Translations under genes and position numbers: made by a program
The notes under the pieces: generated by a model
Database searches by the model: none
What the model saw: only the letters and a program-made list of their open reading frames with translations
What the model was told of the DNA's origin: nothing
In this document: positions 33,599 through 45,500 of the stretch, piece by piece
How the letters are laid out: every line of letters begins with the position of its first letter
Numbering within the stretch: position 1 is the first letter of the stretch
From: Diplonema japonicum
Lineage: Eukaryota; Protista; Euglenozoa: Diplonemea
Direction: 5' to 3'
Assembly (NCBI GenBank): GCA_964019335.1
Contig: OZ025685.1
Coordinates: 372,001-436,000 of the forward strand
Length of the DNA: 64,000 bases

Positions 33599-36500
33599 AT
33601 GTGGCTCCACCACCTATGCAAGGCGACACTGATCCTAATCATCACATGGCCAAAGGAAGCCACAGGACAAACGTACCCCGTGTATATTGAACGAAGCCAA
33701 AGGGGCAGGGGTGAATCTGTGGAGAAGCGGGGCGATTTAGTCCTGTCCGGAGGAGATAACTACGGGTGGCAGCTTATCAACGTGGCCGACCTGTCATCGC
33801 CTTCTGTCTGGAAAACGATGGGTGGCTACGTGACAGACGTCACCACAGACACAACAGGGGACTACGCGTTGCTCTCCTGGTGGCATAAGATACACTCCGC
33901 CGGGAAGACCCCGAGGTTTAAAGTCTTCGACATAACCGCTCTCTCAAACCCCGTTGAGGTGGCAAGTTTCACTTTAACAGGTCAGGCTCATGCTGTAACA
34001 CGAAACGGGAACCTAGCGTACATCTCAGCTGGTACCGCGGGACTGTACATTTTGGACATCACATCACCAGCATCACCCGTTTTCGTAACAACATTTAAAA
34101 TACCCGATCAGTTGGTGAATCTTAACATTGTGGGGAGTATTGGATACGCATCGGCGTTGGGAGGCGGGTTTATCGTGCTAAACCTTGCAGACCCTGTCTC
34201 GCCTGTTCTTCTGACAAGGGTAAGAACCAGAGGTTGGGTGTCCGATATCGTTGTGAAAGGAATCTACGCTTACATCACTGTGCACTACAAAGGCTTCGAG
34301 GTATACGACATTACCACACCGTCAGCGCCTGTATTGGTGTCCGCGTACCCAACAGCTGGAAAGGCGAACGCTATAGCATTATCCAGTGACGGGTTACTGT
34401 TCACCACAGGGAACAGCCATGAAGGGATCACCATAACTGATGTGTCAAACCCTTCCGCGCCGTTCCGCGTGAGGACCTTCAACCCTCGCTCCGGATTTGC
34501 AAAGTCGCTCTTCATCGAAGACCCTTACCTGTTTGTTGGCACTTCTGGTGAGACATCTTGGTACAATGTTACCATCCCTCACGGGCTGCATATACCTTCA
34601 TTTGATGTCCCTTGTCCTTTTCCAGAATTTGTCGGTCAAACGGAGAACGAGGGTTCAAGTTATTTCTCAAGAACCGTGTCTCGCCATACTGGAACGAACT
34701 ATGTTTACACTGCCGACAAGGTTGGCGGTCTCGGTGTGTTCGATACATGGAACCACAAGTCTCCCTTCAGAGTGGGGCATTACTCTACTGGTATCTGGGC
34801 GTGCTGGCACACTGCTTACTACAACGGTCATGCTTATTGTCTCGCTGGATCTCAATATATTGATATTTGGGATGCAGCGGACCCTTTGTTGCTGGTGAAG
34901 GTGGCAAGGTACACCGTACCGGGGACTTCTCGGCTGCAAAGTATTTTCATGCAACCGAACAGCCCGTTCATGTGGATCGGGTCCGAAACGCTAGTAAGCG
35001 TACTTGACCTCACTATACCCGCTTCCCCCAGCCTGGTGGGAACTTATACTCCACCACCTGGCGAAACAATCTTGGCTATTTCTTTCGGTCCACCTGGTTA
35101 CGCTTACGTATCGCAGCGTGACTACGGCTTCCTCGTCGTTGACTATACTACTCTGACTAACATTGTAACTGTGTCGCAGGTCCCGCTGCCTGTTTTTCGT
35201 TCCGGATCTAGTGTTATGTGGATGGAGCAGGAGGGCAACACGCTAGCTGTAGCGACTTTGAAGTCTCTTCTCGTCTACGACGTTACTGTCATTCAGTCAC
35301 CTGTGCTTCTCTCAGAGCTCGTGGAATCTTGCAGCAACCTGCGTATTAGCAACAGTATAATTTACTTCGTTACATCGCGCACTCTGACTGTTGTGGATGC
35401 CTCCAATCCTTCTTCTTTGGTGATGCTGGGTTCTGAGGACTTTCTTGCAAATCCTCAGCCTGCCTTGCATGACTTTTTTGTCGAGGGGACTGTCGCCTAT
35501 TTTGCTGCAGGTGTCAACGGGATGGTTACAGCTGAGTTATCTTTTACACCCTGTCCTACTTCCGCTCCGGATACACCTTTTCCAGATACACCCGCACCTG
35601 ATACAACAGCTCCGGACACGCCAGCACCAGACACTCCTGCTCCCGATACTTCTGCTCCTGAAACGTTACCTCCAGATACTCCTCCCCCTGACACTCTTGT
35701 ACCCGAAACATCTGCACCGGACACGCCAGCTCCTATGACACTATCACCTGACACTCTTGCGCCAGATACTCCAGCGCCGGATACACCAGCACCAGACACT
35801 CCTGCACCGGACACACCAGCACCTGACACTCCTGCACCGGATACACCAGCACCGGACACTACTGCGCCGGATACACCAGCACCAGACACGCCTGCGCCAG
35901 ATACACCTGCACCTGACACTCCTGCGCCGGATACACCAGCACCAGACACGCCAGCACCGGACACGCCAGCTCCGGATACACCAGCGCCAGACACTCCTGC
36001 ACCTGATACACCAGCGCCGGACACACCAGCACCAGACACTCCTGCACCGGACACTCCTGCGCCAGATACACCAGCACCTGACACACCAGCACCGGACACA
36101 CCAGCACCGGACACTCCTGCGCCAGATACACCAGCACCGGACACGCCTGCACCAGATACACCAGCACCTGACACACCAGCACCGGACACGCCTGCACCGG
36201 ACACGCCAGCGCCAGACACTCCAGCGCCAGATACACCAGCACCGGACACGCCAGCGCCAGACACTCCTGCACCGGACACACCAGCACCGGATACACCAGC
36301 ACCGGACACTACTGCGCCGGATACACCAGCACCAGACACGCCTGCGCCAGATACACCTGCACCTGACACTCCTGCGCCGGATACACCAGCACCAGACACG
36401 CCAGCACCGGACACGCCAGCTCCGGATACACCAGCGCCAGACACTCCTGCACCTGATACACCAGCACCGGACACACCAGCACCAGACACTCCTGCACCGG

Positions 36501-39500
36501 ACACTCCTGCGCCAGATACACCAGCACCGGACACACCAGCACCGGACACGCCTGCACCGGACACTCCTGCGCCAGATACACCAGCACCGGATACACCAGC
36601 ACCGGACACGCCTGCACCGGACACGCCAGCGCCAGACACTCCTGCACCGGACACTCCTGCACCGGATACACCAGCACCTGACACTCCAGCGCCAGACACA
36701 CCAGCGCCGGACACTCCTGCACCGGACACTCCAGCTCCGGATACACGAGCACCTGACACTCCTGCACCGGATACACCAGCGCCAGACACACCAGCTCCGG
36801 ACACTCCTGCACCAGACACGCCTGCGCCGGATACACCAGCACCGGACACGCCAGCGCCAGACACGCCTGCACCGGACACTCCTGCGCCAGATACGCCAGC
36901 GCCAGACACGCCAGCACCTGACACTCCTGCACCGGATACACCTGCACCGGACACACCAGCGCCAGACACTCTTGCACCTGACACTCCAGCACCGGACACA
37001 CCAGCGCCAGACACTCCTGCACCGGACACACCAGCACCTGACACTCCTGCACCGGATACACCAGCGCCGGATACACCAGCACCGGACACGCCTGCGCCAG
37101 ATACACCTGCACCTGACACTCCTGCGCCGGATACACCAGCACCAGACACGCCAGCTCCGGATACACCAGCGCCAGACACTCTTGCACCTGACACTCCAGC
37201 ACCGGACACACCAGCGCCAGACACTCCTGCACCGGACACACCAGCACCTGACACTCCTGCACCGGATACACCAGCGCCGGATACACCAGCACCGGACACA
37301 CCAGCACCAGACACTCTTGCACCTGACACTCCAGCACCGGACACACCAGCGCCAGACACTCCTGCACCGGACACACCAGCACCTGACACTCCTGCACCGG
37401 ATACACCAGCGCCGGATACACCAGCACCGGACACGCCTGCGCCAGATACACCTGCACCTGACACTCCTGCGCCGGATACACCAGCACCAGACACGCCAGC
37501 TCCGGATACACCAGCGCCAGACACTCCTGCACCTGATACACCAGCGCCGGACACACCAGCACCAGACACTCCTGCACCGGACACTCCTGCGCCAGATACA
37601 CCAGCACCTGACACACCAGCACCGGACACACCAGCACCGGACACGCCTGCACCGGACACTCCTGCGCCAGATACACCAGCACCGGACACGCCTGCACCGG
37701 ACACGCCAGCGCCAGATACACCAGCACCGGATACACCAGCACCGGACACGCCTGCGCCAGACACTCCTGCACCGGACTCACCAGCACCGGATACACCAGC
37801 ACCGGACACTACTGCGCCGGATACACCAGCACCAGACACGCCTGCGCCAGATACACCTGCACCTGACACTCCTGCGCCGGATACACCAGCACCAGACACG
37901 CCAGCACCGGACACGCCAGCTCCGGATACACCAGCGCCAGATACTCCTGCACCTGATACACCAGCGCCGGACACACCAGCACCAGACACTCCTGCACCGG
38001 ACACTCCTGCGCCAGATACATCAGCACCGGACACGCCTGCACCGGACACACCAGCACCGGATACACCAGCACCTGACACACCAGCACCGGACACGCCTGC
38101 ACCGGACACGCCTGCGCCAGACACTCCTGCACCAGACACTCCAGCGCCAGATACACCAGCACCGGATACACCAGCACCTGACACACCAGCACCGGACACG
38201 CCTGCACCGGACACGCCAGCGCCAGACACTCCTGCACCGGACACGCCAGCACCGGACACGCCAGCGCCAGACACTCCTGCACCTGATACACCAGCGCCGG
38301 ACACACCAGCACCTGACACTCCTGTGCCAGATACACCAGCACCAGACACGCCTGCACCGGACACACCAGCACCGGACACGCCTGCACCGGACACGCCAGC
38401 GCCAGACACTCCTGCACCAGACACTCCAGCGCCAGATACACCAGCACCGGATACACCAGCACCGGACACGCCAGCGCCAGACACTCCTGCACCGGACACA
38501 CCAGTACCTGACACACCAGCACCGGACACGCCAGCGCCAGACACTCCTGCACCAGACACTCCAGCGCCAGATACACCAGCACCGGACACGCCAGCGCCAG
38601 ACACTCCTGCACCGGACACACCAGCACCGGACACGCCTGCACCGGATACACCAGCACCGGACACGCCAGCGCCAGACACTCCTGCACCTGATACACCAGC
38701 GCCGGACACACCAGCACCAGACACTCCTGCACCGGACACTCCTGCGCCAGATACACCAGCACCTGACACACCTGCACCGGATACACCAGCACCGGACACG
38801 CCAGCGCCAGACACTCCTGCACCAGACACTCCAGCGCCAGATACACCAGCACCGGACACGCCAGCGCCGGATACACCAGCACCTGACACACCAGCACCGG
38901 ACACGCCTGCACCGGACACTCCTGCGCCAGATACACCAGCACCTGACACTCCAGCACCGGACACGCCTGCACCGGACACACCAGCACCGGACACGCCAGC
39001 GCCAGACACTCCTGCACCTGATACACCAGCGCCGGACACACCAGCACCAGACACTCCTGCACCGGACACTCCTTCGCCAGATACACCAGCACCTGACACA
39101 CCAGCACCGGACACGCCTGCACCGGATACACCAGCACCGGACACGCCAGCGCCAGACACTCCTGCACCGGACACACCAGCACCAGACACGCCAGCGCCAG
39201 ACACTCCTGCACCAGACACTCCAGCGCCAGATACACCAGCACCGGACACACCAGCACCGGACACGCCAGCGCCAGACACTCCTGCACCGGACACACCAGC
39301 ACCGGATACACCAGCACCTGACACGCCTGCACCGGACACGCCAGCGCCAGACACTCCTGCACCGGACACTCCTGCGCCAGATACACCAGCACCGGACACT
39401 CCTGCACCTGACACTCCAGCGCCAGACACACCAGCGCCGGACACTCCTGCACCGGACACTCCTGCACCGGACACTCCTGCACCGGACACTCCAGCTCCGG

Positions 39501-41077
39501 ATACACGAGCACCTGACACTCCTGCACCGGATACACCAGCGCCAGACACTCCAGCTCCAGATACACCAGCTCCGGACACTCCTGCACCAGACACACCTGC
39601 GCCGGATACACCAGCACCGGACACACCAGCGCCAGAAACTCCTGCACCAGACACTCCTGCGCCAGATACGCCAGCGCCAGACACGCCAGCACCTGACACT
39701 CCTGCACCGGACACGCCTGCGCCGAATACACCAGCGCCAGATACACCAGCACCGGACACACCTACGCCGGACACTCCTGCACCGGACACGTCTGAGCCAG
39801 ATACACCAGTACCGGAACCTGATACTCCTGCACCAGACACGCCAACACCGGATACTTCTGCACCTGATACTTCGGCGCCTGACACACCAGCGCCGGACAC
39901 CTCTGCGTCAGACACCTCTGCATCAGACACCTCTGCATCAGACACCTCTGCATCAGACACCTCTGCATCAGACACCTCTGCATCAGACACCTCTGCATCA
40001 GACACCTCTGCATCAGACACCTCTGCGTCCTCTTCATCAGACACCTCTGCATCAGAATCCTCTGCGTCTGACACCTCTTCATCAGACACCTCTGCGTCAG
40101 ACACACTTGCGCCTGATACTCAAGTTCCCGACACACCTGCACCTGACACTTCTGCGCCAGACACATTAGCACCAAACACGCTAGCACCGGACACGCCAGC
40201 ACCTGACACACGGGCGCCTGACACTTCTGCGCCTCATACACCAGCGCCCGACACACCTGCACCGGACACACCAGCGCCTGTTACAAAAGCTCCGTTTTCA
40301 CCTGCACCCGACACTTCTGAACCTGACACACCAGCACCGGTTACGCTAGCCCCAGAGACTTCTGCGCCCCACACACCTGCACCTGAAACACCTGTAACGG
40401 ATACACCAGCGACGGGTGCACCTGAGACACCAGCGCCGGCTACTATTGCACCGAACACGCCGGCACCTGATACACAGCCACCAGCGACGCTGATACCAAT
40501 CACTGTACTTCCGAGCACTCAGGAACCAGTAAGTGGTTCACGGTCGCCTGCCACAGAACTACCTAGCACTTGGGAGCCTGACGACCGTATTCCTCCTGAA
40601 GGCGGGGACCCAAGGCCTAGATCTGATCATAAAACTGCAATTCCGATTCCAGGAGAGGCACCAAGGACTCTGGTACCTGTGAGGATGGGTGCCGAGGAGC
40701 CTGGTGTTGGAAACAGTGACGTGTGGCTGATCTGGCTAGCGCTCGCGGTTGCTTTGTTTTTGTTGTTCTGTTGTTGCTTGGTGGGGTTCCTGTGGGCGAG
40801 GAGGGGCAGGGGGGATGAAAAGGAGCACAATACCAACTTGCCCAACAGAGGAGTGGGTGCACAAGGTGCTGGCACCACGCTGCAGCATAGTTCCAGGGTT
40901 GCGGCATCACGCTCGGGTGGCTCCTACTCATATGCCAACTCATACCGAAGCCATGCTGGGAACCCTTCGTCTTACAGCAGCGATGCTGGCACTGTGACTA
41001 ACGAGCCTTTCCCGTCATCTCCTTCAGACAGAAGGCACGCGTTTCGAGTGCCACAAAATGACTTTGTATTTGTGTAG
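33599..41077 (+). CDS. Type I surface protein (2492 aa): LVIVD-repeat beta-propeller head, very long (DTPAP)n stalk, TM, cytoplasmic tail
   Basis: Signal MWLHHLCKATLILIITWPKEATG. Repeats GLYILDITSPASPVFV, GFEVYDITTPSAPVLV, GITITDVSNPSAPFRV. TM VWLIWLALAVALFLLFCCCLVGFLWA. Confidence 0.85.
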   Translation: MWLHHLCKATLILIITWPKEATGQTYPVYIERSQRGRGESVEKRGDLVLSGGDNYGWQLINVADLSSPSVWKTMGGYVTDVTTDTTGDYALLSWWHKIHSAGKTPRFKVFDITALSNPVEVASFTLTGQAHAVTRNGNLAYISAGTAGLYILDITSPASPVFVTTFKIPDQLVNLNIVGSIGYASALGGGFIVLNLADPVSPVLLTRVRTRGWVSDIVVKGIYAYITVHYKGFEVYDITTPSAPVLVSAYPTAGKANAIALSSDGLLFTTGNSHEGITITDVSNPSAPFRVRTFNPRSGFAKSLFIEDPYLFVGTSGETSWYNVTIPHGLHIPSFDVPCPFPEFVGQTENEGSSYFSRTVSRHTGTNYVYTADKVGGLGVFDTWNHKSPFRVGHYSTGIWACWHTAYYNGHAYCLAGSQYIDIWDAADPLLLVKVARYTVPGTSRLQSIFMQPNSPFMWIGSETLVSVLDLTIPASPSLVGTYTPPPGETILAISFGPPGYAYVSQRDYGFLVVDYTTLTNIVTVSQVPLPVFRSGSSVMWMEQEGNTLAVATLKSLLVYDVTVIQSPVLLSELVESCSNLRISNSIIYFVTSRTLTVVDASNPSSLVMLGSEDFLANPQPALHDFFVEGTVAYFAAGVNGMVTAELSFTPCPTSAPDTPFPDTPAPDTTAPDTPAPDTPAPDTSAPETLPPDTPPPDTLVPETSAPDTPAPMTLSPDTLAPDTPAPDTPAPDTPAPDTPAPDTPAPDTPAPDTTAPDTPAPDTPAPDTPAPDTPAPDTPAPDTPAPDTPAPDTPAPDTPAPDTPAPDTPAPDTPAPDTPAPDTPAPDTPAPDTPAPDTPAPDTPAPDTPAPDTPAPDTPAPDTPAPDTPAPDTPAPDTPAPDTPAPDTPAPDTPAPDTPAPDTTAPDTPAPDTPAPDTPAPDTPAPDTPAPDTPAPDTPAPDTPAPDTPAPDTPAPDTPAPDTPAPDTPAPDTPAPDTPAPDTPAPDTPAPDTPAPDTPAPDTPAPDTPAPDTPAPDTPAPDTPAPDTPAPDTPAPDTPAPDTPAPDTRAPDTPAPDTPAPDTPAPDTPAPDTPAPDTPAPDTPAPDTPAPDTPAPDTPAPDTPAPDTPAPDTPAPDTPAPDTLAPDTPAPDTPAPDTPAPDTPAPDTPAPDTPAPDTPAPDTPAPDTPAPDTPAPDTPAPDTPAPDTPAPDTLAPDTPAPDTPAPDTPAPDTPAPDTPAPDTPAPDTPAPDTPAPDTLAPDTPAPDTPAPDTPAPDTPAPDTPAPDTPAPDTPAPDTPAPDTPAPDTPAPDTPAPDTPAPDTPAPDTPAPDTPAPDTPAPDTPAPDTPAPDTPAPDTPAPDTPAPDTPAPDTPAPDTPAPDTPAPDTPAPDTPAPDTPAPDTPAPDTPAPDSPAPDTPAPDTTAPDTPAPDTPAPDTPAPDTPAPDTPAPDTPAPDTPAPDTPAPDTPAPDTPAPDTPAPDTPAPDTPAPDTSAPDTPAPDTPAPDTPAPDTPAPDTPAPDTPAPDTPAPDTPAPDTPAPDTPAPDTPAPDTPAPDTPAPDTPAPDTPAPDTPAPDTPAPDTPAPDTPAPDTPVPDTPAPDTPAPDTPAPDTPAPDTPAPDTPAPDTPAPDTPAPDTPAPDTPAPDTPAPDTPVPDTPAPDTPAPDTPAPDTPAPDTPAPDTPAPDTPAPDTPAPDTPAPDTPAPDTPAPDTPAPDTPAPDTPAPDTPAPDTPAPDTPAPDTPAPDTPAPDTPAPDTPAPDTPAPDTPAPDTPAPDTPAPDTPAPDTPAPDTPAPDTPAPDTPAPDTPAPDTPAPDTPAPDTPAPDTPAPDTPAPDTPAPDTPSPDTPAPDTPAPDTPAPDTPAPDTPAPDTPAPDTPAPDTPAPDTPAPDTPAPDTPAPDTPAPDTPAPDTPAPDTPAPDTPAPDTPAPDTPAPDTPAPDTPAPDTPAPDTPAPDTPAPDTPAPDTPAPDTPAPDTPAPDTPAPDTRAPDTPAPDTPAPDTPAPDTPAPDTPAPDTPAPDTPAPDTPAPETPAPDTPAPDTPAPDTPAPDTPAPDTPAPNTPAPDTPAPDTPTPDTPAPDTSEPDTPVPEPDTPAPDTPTPDTSAPDTSAPDTPAPDTSASDTSASDTSASDTSASDTSASDTSASDTSASDTSASDTSASSSSDTSASESSASDTSSSDTSASDTLAPDTQVPDTPAPDTSAPDTLAPNTLAPDTPAPDTRAPDTSAPHTPAPDTPAPDTPAPVTKAPFSPAPDTSEPDTPAPVTLAPETSAPHTPAPETPVTDTPATGAPETPAPATIAPNTPAPDTQPPATLIPITVLPSTQEPVSGSRSPATELPSTWEPDDRIPPEGGDPRPRSDHKTAIPIPGEAPRTLVPVRMGAEEPGVGNSDVWLIWLALAVALFLLFCCCLVGFLWARRGRGDEKEHNTNLPNRGVGAQGAGTTLQHSSRVAASRSGGSYSYANSYRSHAGNPSSYSSDAGTVTNEPFPSSPSDRRHAFRVPQNDFVFV
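35565..40100 (+). repeat. Coding 15-bp minisatellite: ~270 near-continuous DTPAP units, followed by (DTSAS)n
   Basis: GAYACNCCWGCNCCN units with synonymous variation; near-perfect GACACCTCTGCATCA units at about 39897-40030. Confidence 0.97.
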
Positions 41078-41202
41078 AGGTGTTCTTTTCTTATTCTCAT
41101 ATTTTTTATTGTCCGACTGTGGCCTTCACACCCAGGACCTTTATCCCTAACTTTTTTTTCACTTTTTTTTTTTTTTGATTGTTGGCAGCGTGTTTCGGGT
41201 TG

Positions 41203-41320
41203 ACAAACTTCTCCAGGTTTTTACCTAGCACGTACAAACAACGGCCAGTTCATCTTTTTTTTTTTCTTTTTTCTTTTTATTGGCCCTCCATGAGGGGGTT
41301 TGTCCTGCACTTTGAGTTTT
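41203..41320 (+). repeat. Two short dispersed repeats (copies at 56848-56900 and 46919-46955)
   Basis: ACAAACTTCTCCAGGTTTT.ACC..GCACGT.CAAACAACGGCCAGTTC also occurs at 56848; CCTCCATGAGGGGTTTGTCCTGCACTTTGAGTTTT also occurs at 46919. Confidence 0.7.
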
Positions 41321-41736
41321 ATTTGGTGCTAATAGAAAACAGAAACGAAATTTAAAAAAAAAAAAAAAAAAAAAAGAAAACCACCCCCAAAAGATCTTGA
41401 CATCTTTTTGGTGTTTTTCTTTTTTTCTTTTCTTTTCTGTTTTTCTTCTTTTCGGTTCTCCTATAGTCGTCCCTTTCTTTTTCTTTTTTTTCTTCTTCTG
41501 CTTCTTCTACCACGAATAACTGGCAGGGGACTTTGAATAAAGGCCTCCTAATGTTTATGAGTTTTTTTTATATTCCTCCTCTTATTCTTATTCTTTTGTT
41601 GATCCCCTAGATAATGTTTCTTTGTTTTTGTTTTTTTTTTTCTTCCACCCACGGGCTCTAGGCACTCGTCTCTTGTTCTCTCGCTGCTTTTTGGGATGGC
41701 ACACCACTGCTGCTGTTGATGCTAAACACCCATTCC

Positions 41737-41786
<50 letters not shown>

Positions 41787-42542
41787 AGGGAAAAGCTTTT
41801 TAAGGGTGTCTATTTGTTTTTGAGTCGTGTCGGTTGACGCCCTTTAGGTGAATAACCCAAACACGAGACAAACGAGTTCAAAAAAAAAAAAAAAAGAAAG
41901 AAAAAAAAAGACATCATTTGTTGCTATTTGTCCAGAGATAGGAGGGGGGAGAATCTTATGAAAAGAAATAGCAAATCCTACCTCTTCCTACTTTTTTTTT
42001 CTTCTTCTATCCAAAACGGGAGGGTGTTGCCCTACGATTCGATAACTGCCTCATTTTTTTAAGGCGTAAAACAGGGAATTCCCCCCCCACCCCCCTTCTT
42101 CCTCTCACGGTTCGTCACCATAATTTTCTTTTTTTCTACCCCCCCTCTCCTTTTCTTTCTTTCTTTCCCTCACTAGGAAAAGAAGCAAAAAAAAAAAGAA
42201 AATCTAGCTCTTTACCCCTGGAAAAAATAGAAAATGTTTGATGGACCCTGAATATATTTCTAAACCCCCCCCCCCCCCCTGCGCCTTATCATACTCAGGT
42301 ACACACCAACTGAGGACTTCTCTCCTTCCCCACCGACCCACACCCAATCTAAATAGATTTTGGAAAGTCTTCTTAAAGAGTTATAAGAATTGTCCATGAA
42401 TCTATCGGGAGGGGGGAGTATAATAAGGCGAGGGGTTTTTTTTTAAAAAAAAGATTTTTTTGTTTGTTTGTCTTTACCTTTTCTTTTTCAAACCCTGCAA
42501 AAAAAAAAAAAAATCCTACAAAAAAAAAAAGGAAACTCACAC

Positions 42543-45500
42543 ATGAGGGCTTCCTATGTTGCCCGGTACACGGTGCTTGTGGCGTTGCTAGTACTAATAA
42601 GCGGAGAAGGGGCAATCGCACAGATCATCACCTGCATCCCATCTACGCTGCAGCGTGCGTCGAACGAGACCTACACATGCACACGCGAGTTGTCGCTAAG
42701 CTCACTCTCGCTGCACTGGACATACAGCTCTCTCGATAGTGTGCTGCACTTTGCGGTGCAGAGCGGCACAACGGGTTGGCTTGGAATAAGTTTCCCCTCA
42801 ATACCTGGTGCCATGGTACCCGCGGATGCCGTCATCGGGTCCAGCGCCGGTGTGATGCCGTACAAAGTGACCGGACGAACTGACGCAAATATTGTCCCCA
42901 GCGAAGAGGCACGAACAAATCTCAAACTGGAAAATGAGACAATGGAACAAGTGAGCGGAATGACAACAATCAGGGCAACCGTTTCCACGACCACATTCGA
43001 CGGCTCGGGTTCTGGGATTGTGGCCATCAACGTCGCCCGCGACCCCATTGACACACGCTTCGACATGCATACGGAAAAGGTTTCGCTCACACTTAACCTC
43101 GTGACAGGGGAGGTGACTGTCATCAGCAGCAACATCAAATTCTACCGAAGACTGCATGCGGCGTTGATGGTATCAGCTTGGTGCTACATCCTCCCCGGCG
43201 GCATCATCATCAAAAGGTACGGGAAGCGTGTGTTCGGGATATCTGATTCCATGAAGACGGGGATGGTGGGGATGGGTTTCCATCTCCACGTGACGTTGAT
43301 GATGCTGAGCACAGTGTTGATCACGGCGGCCTTTGCCATAGCGGTGACGCAGCTGAACACGGGGGCTTTGCTCGAGAAGCACGAGCACAAGAACGTGGGG
43401 TACGCTGTGTACGCACTGATGGCGGCGTCACCGCTGCTTGGCATGATTGGGCCTCTCTACACACCGTTGCCGACATCGAAGGGGAGGAACCTGTTTTCCA
43501 TTGTGCACCCCAACATTGGGCGTGTGGCATACATCATGTCTGTGTTCCAGTGCTTCTCGGGGGCCGAGCGCCTGGAACAGGGCGACCCTGACGCCGCAAC
43601 CCAGTTCCGCTACGCTGTTGTGATCGGGCTGACAGTGACAGTGACAACTGTCGTATTGCTGGAGTTCATCAACAGATTCTGCAATATCCGTAGCCGGCGG
43701 CGCAACACGCTCTTCCTGGGGTCGGCTGGGCCGACGAAGATCTCATGGTCAGATGTGCACGAGCACGCAGGCAAGATGGACCCCTGGCTGGTCATTGACG
43801 GCAGGGTGTACGCCATCTCGTCGTGGCTCGACACGCATCCCGGCGGTGGCGAGGTGCTGCTGCAGTGTGCTGGCAGCGATGCGACGGACGCCTTCAACAT
43901 CATACAGCACAGCGAGACTGCGAGGGAAAAACTCGAGAAGTTCTTTTTGGGCGAAGTGGAGGACATCCGGATGGACCATGCCATCGAGCTGACGGAGGAG
44001 ATAGCCAATGCGATGGTTGAGCTGGACCTGGACGAAGCGGCCATCCTCATCAAGGAGGCAGAGACGGAAGTCCCGGGTACCATGCTGACTGCGTTTTCCA
44101 GTCTTCTGGAAAACCTGTGCACCTACAAGCCCTTCCTTCCTGCATCTCTCACCACGCTGGAGAATACCGCCACGAACCGCAACGCAGAAAGCATAAGGCC
44201 CGTCGACAGGGTGGCCCGCCTCATCGAGGCTAACCCTCCCACCCACGCGGTCTTAGCCTTCACAGACATCCAGTCCTCCACCCAGCTGTGGGAATCTTTT
44301 CCCAACGGCATGAAGATTGGTTTAGCGAAGCACAACGAAGTGATGCGGTCCGTCCTCAAGGACTGCCAAGGCTACGAGGTGAAGACCATCGGCGACGCCT
44401 TCATGGTTTCTTTCAAAGACTCTTTCAGTGGACTGAAGTTTGGGATCAACGTACAAATTGCCCTAACTCAAGCCAACTGGCCTGCGTCCCTCCTCGAGCA
44501 TGCTTTGTGCTCGGAAGTGAGCTCGAAGTCAGGGCACCTCACCTGGGCAGGGCCCAGGGTGCGCATCGGCCTGCACAAGGGTGACGTCGAACCGCAGGCG
44601 AACCCCACCACCGGAAGGATCGACTTTTTTGGCAACACAGTGAACAAGGCAGCCCGGGTTGAGGGTGTGGCGGTAGGGGGCACTATTGCCGTCACTGAGG
44701 AGTTCCTTTCTGGGCTGACCCAAGAGGAGCTGAGCAGTTTCGGTGCAATCGACTCGACACCCTTGGGGAAGGTCCCTTTGAAGGGTGTGAAGCAGCTCTC
44801 CAACATCACAGTCCTCCTCCCAGAGATTCTCAAGGAGCGCAAGCAAGAAGTCCTCAAGAACCTCTTCGCAAAGAGTAAACCGCGGGACGTGCCTTCTTCG
44901 CCCTTGTCTGTGCCCTTGTCACCACCAGTAGGGAGCTTGGGCGGGTTGTCGCGCAGCCCATTCTTCTCATCACTAGCGACGTGTGTCACAGTGAAGGTGA
45001 ACTTCGCGTTCTTGAAGCAGATGTCGACGGCAGGTGAGGAGATCAACTCTGTCTTCTCGACCATCATCGAGCTGGCGAACAGGACGGAGGCGGTGGTGCA
45101 GGCACTGTACGGGGGCATGGTGCTGCTCACGTGGAACCTGACAAAACGCTGTTCCCAGCATTCCATGCAGGCATGTAAGTTCGCGACAATGCTGTCGCAG
45201 CACGGGACGGGGAAAGGCAGTGATGCAGTAAATCTGGGGATTGCATCAGGAGTTGCAGTATATGGGAAGGTTGGAACAGAGACACAAAAGTCTATCGCGA
45301 TGGTAGGGAGTGTGGTGGAACTGAGCGCAAAGGTGGCGGACTTCTGCGAGAGGGTAGGGTGCTACGCGGGGGTGGGGTCCATCCCCATGCTCCGTGGGGT
45401 CATCGACGAGCCCACAGTGACGAACCACACAAGGATCCTGGACATGTGGAACATTGGAGGCGGTGAGACAGTTACCGTTCATGAACTTGAAACCCTCGGA

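Noticed and set aside
35497-40169. Very long alternative ORFs (1535-aa (GVSGA)n on the - strand, 1470-aa His/Gln/Arg-rich on +, and Cys/Val-rich ORFs on -)
   Set aside because: Shadow frames of the stop-free 15-bp repeat; synonymous variation preserves DTPAP in the frame that carries the signal peptide and TM.
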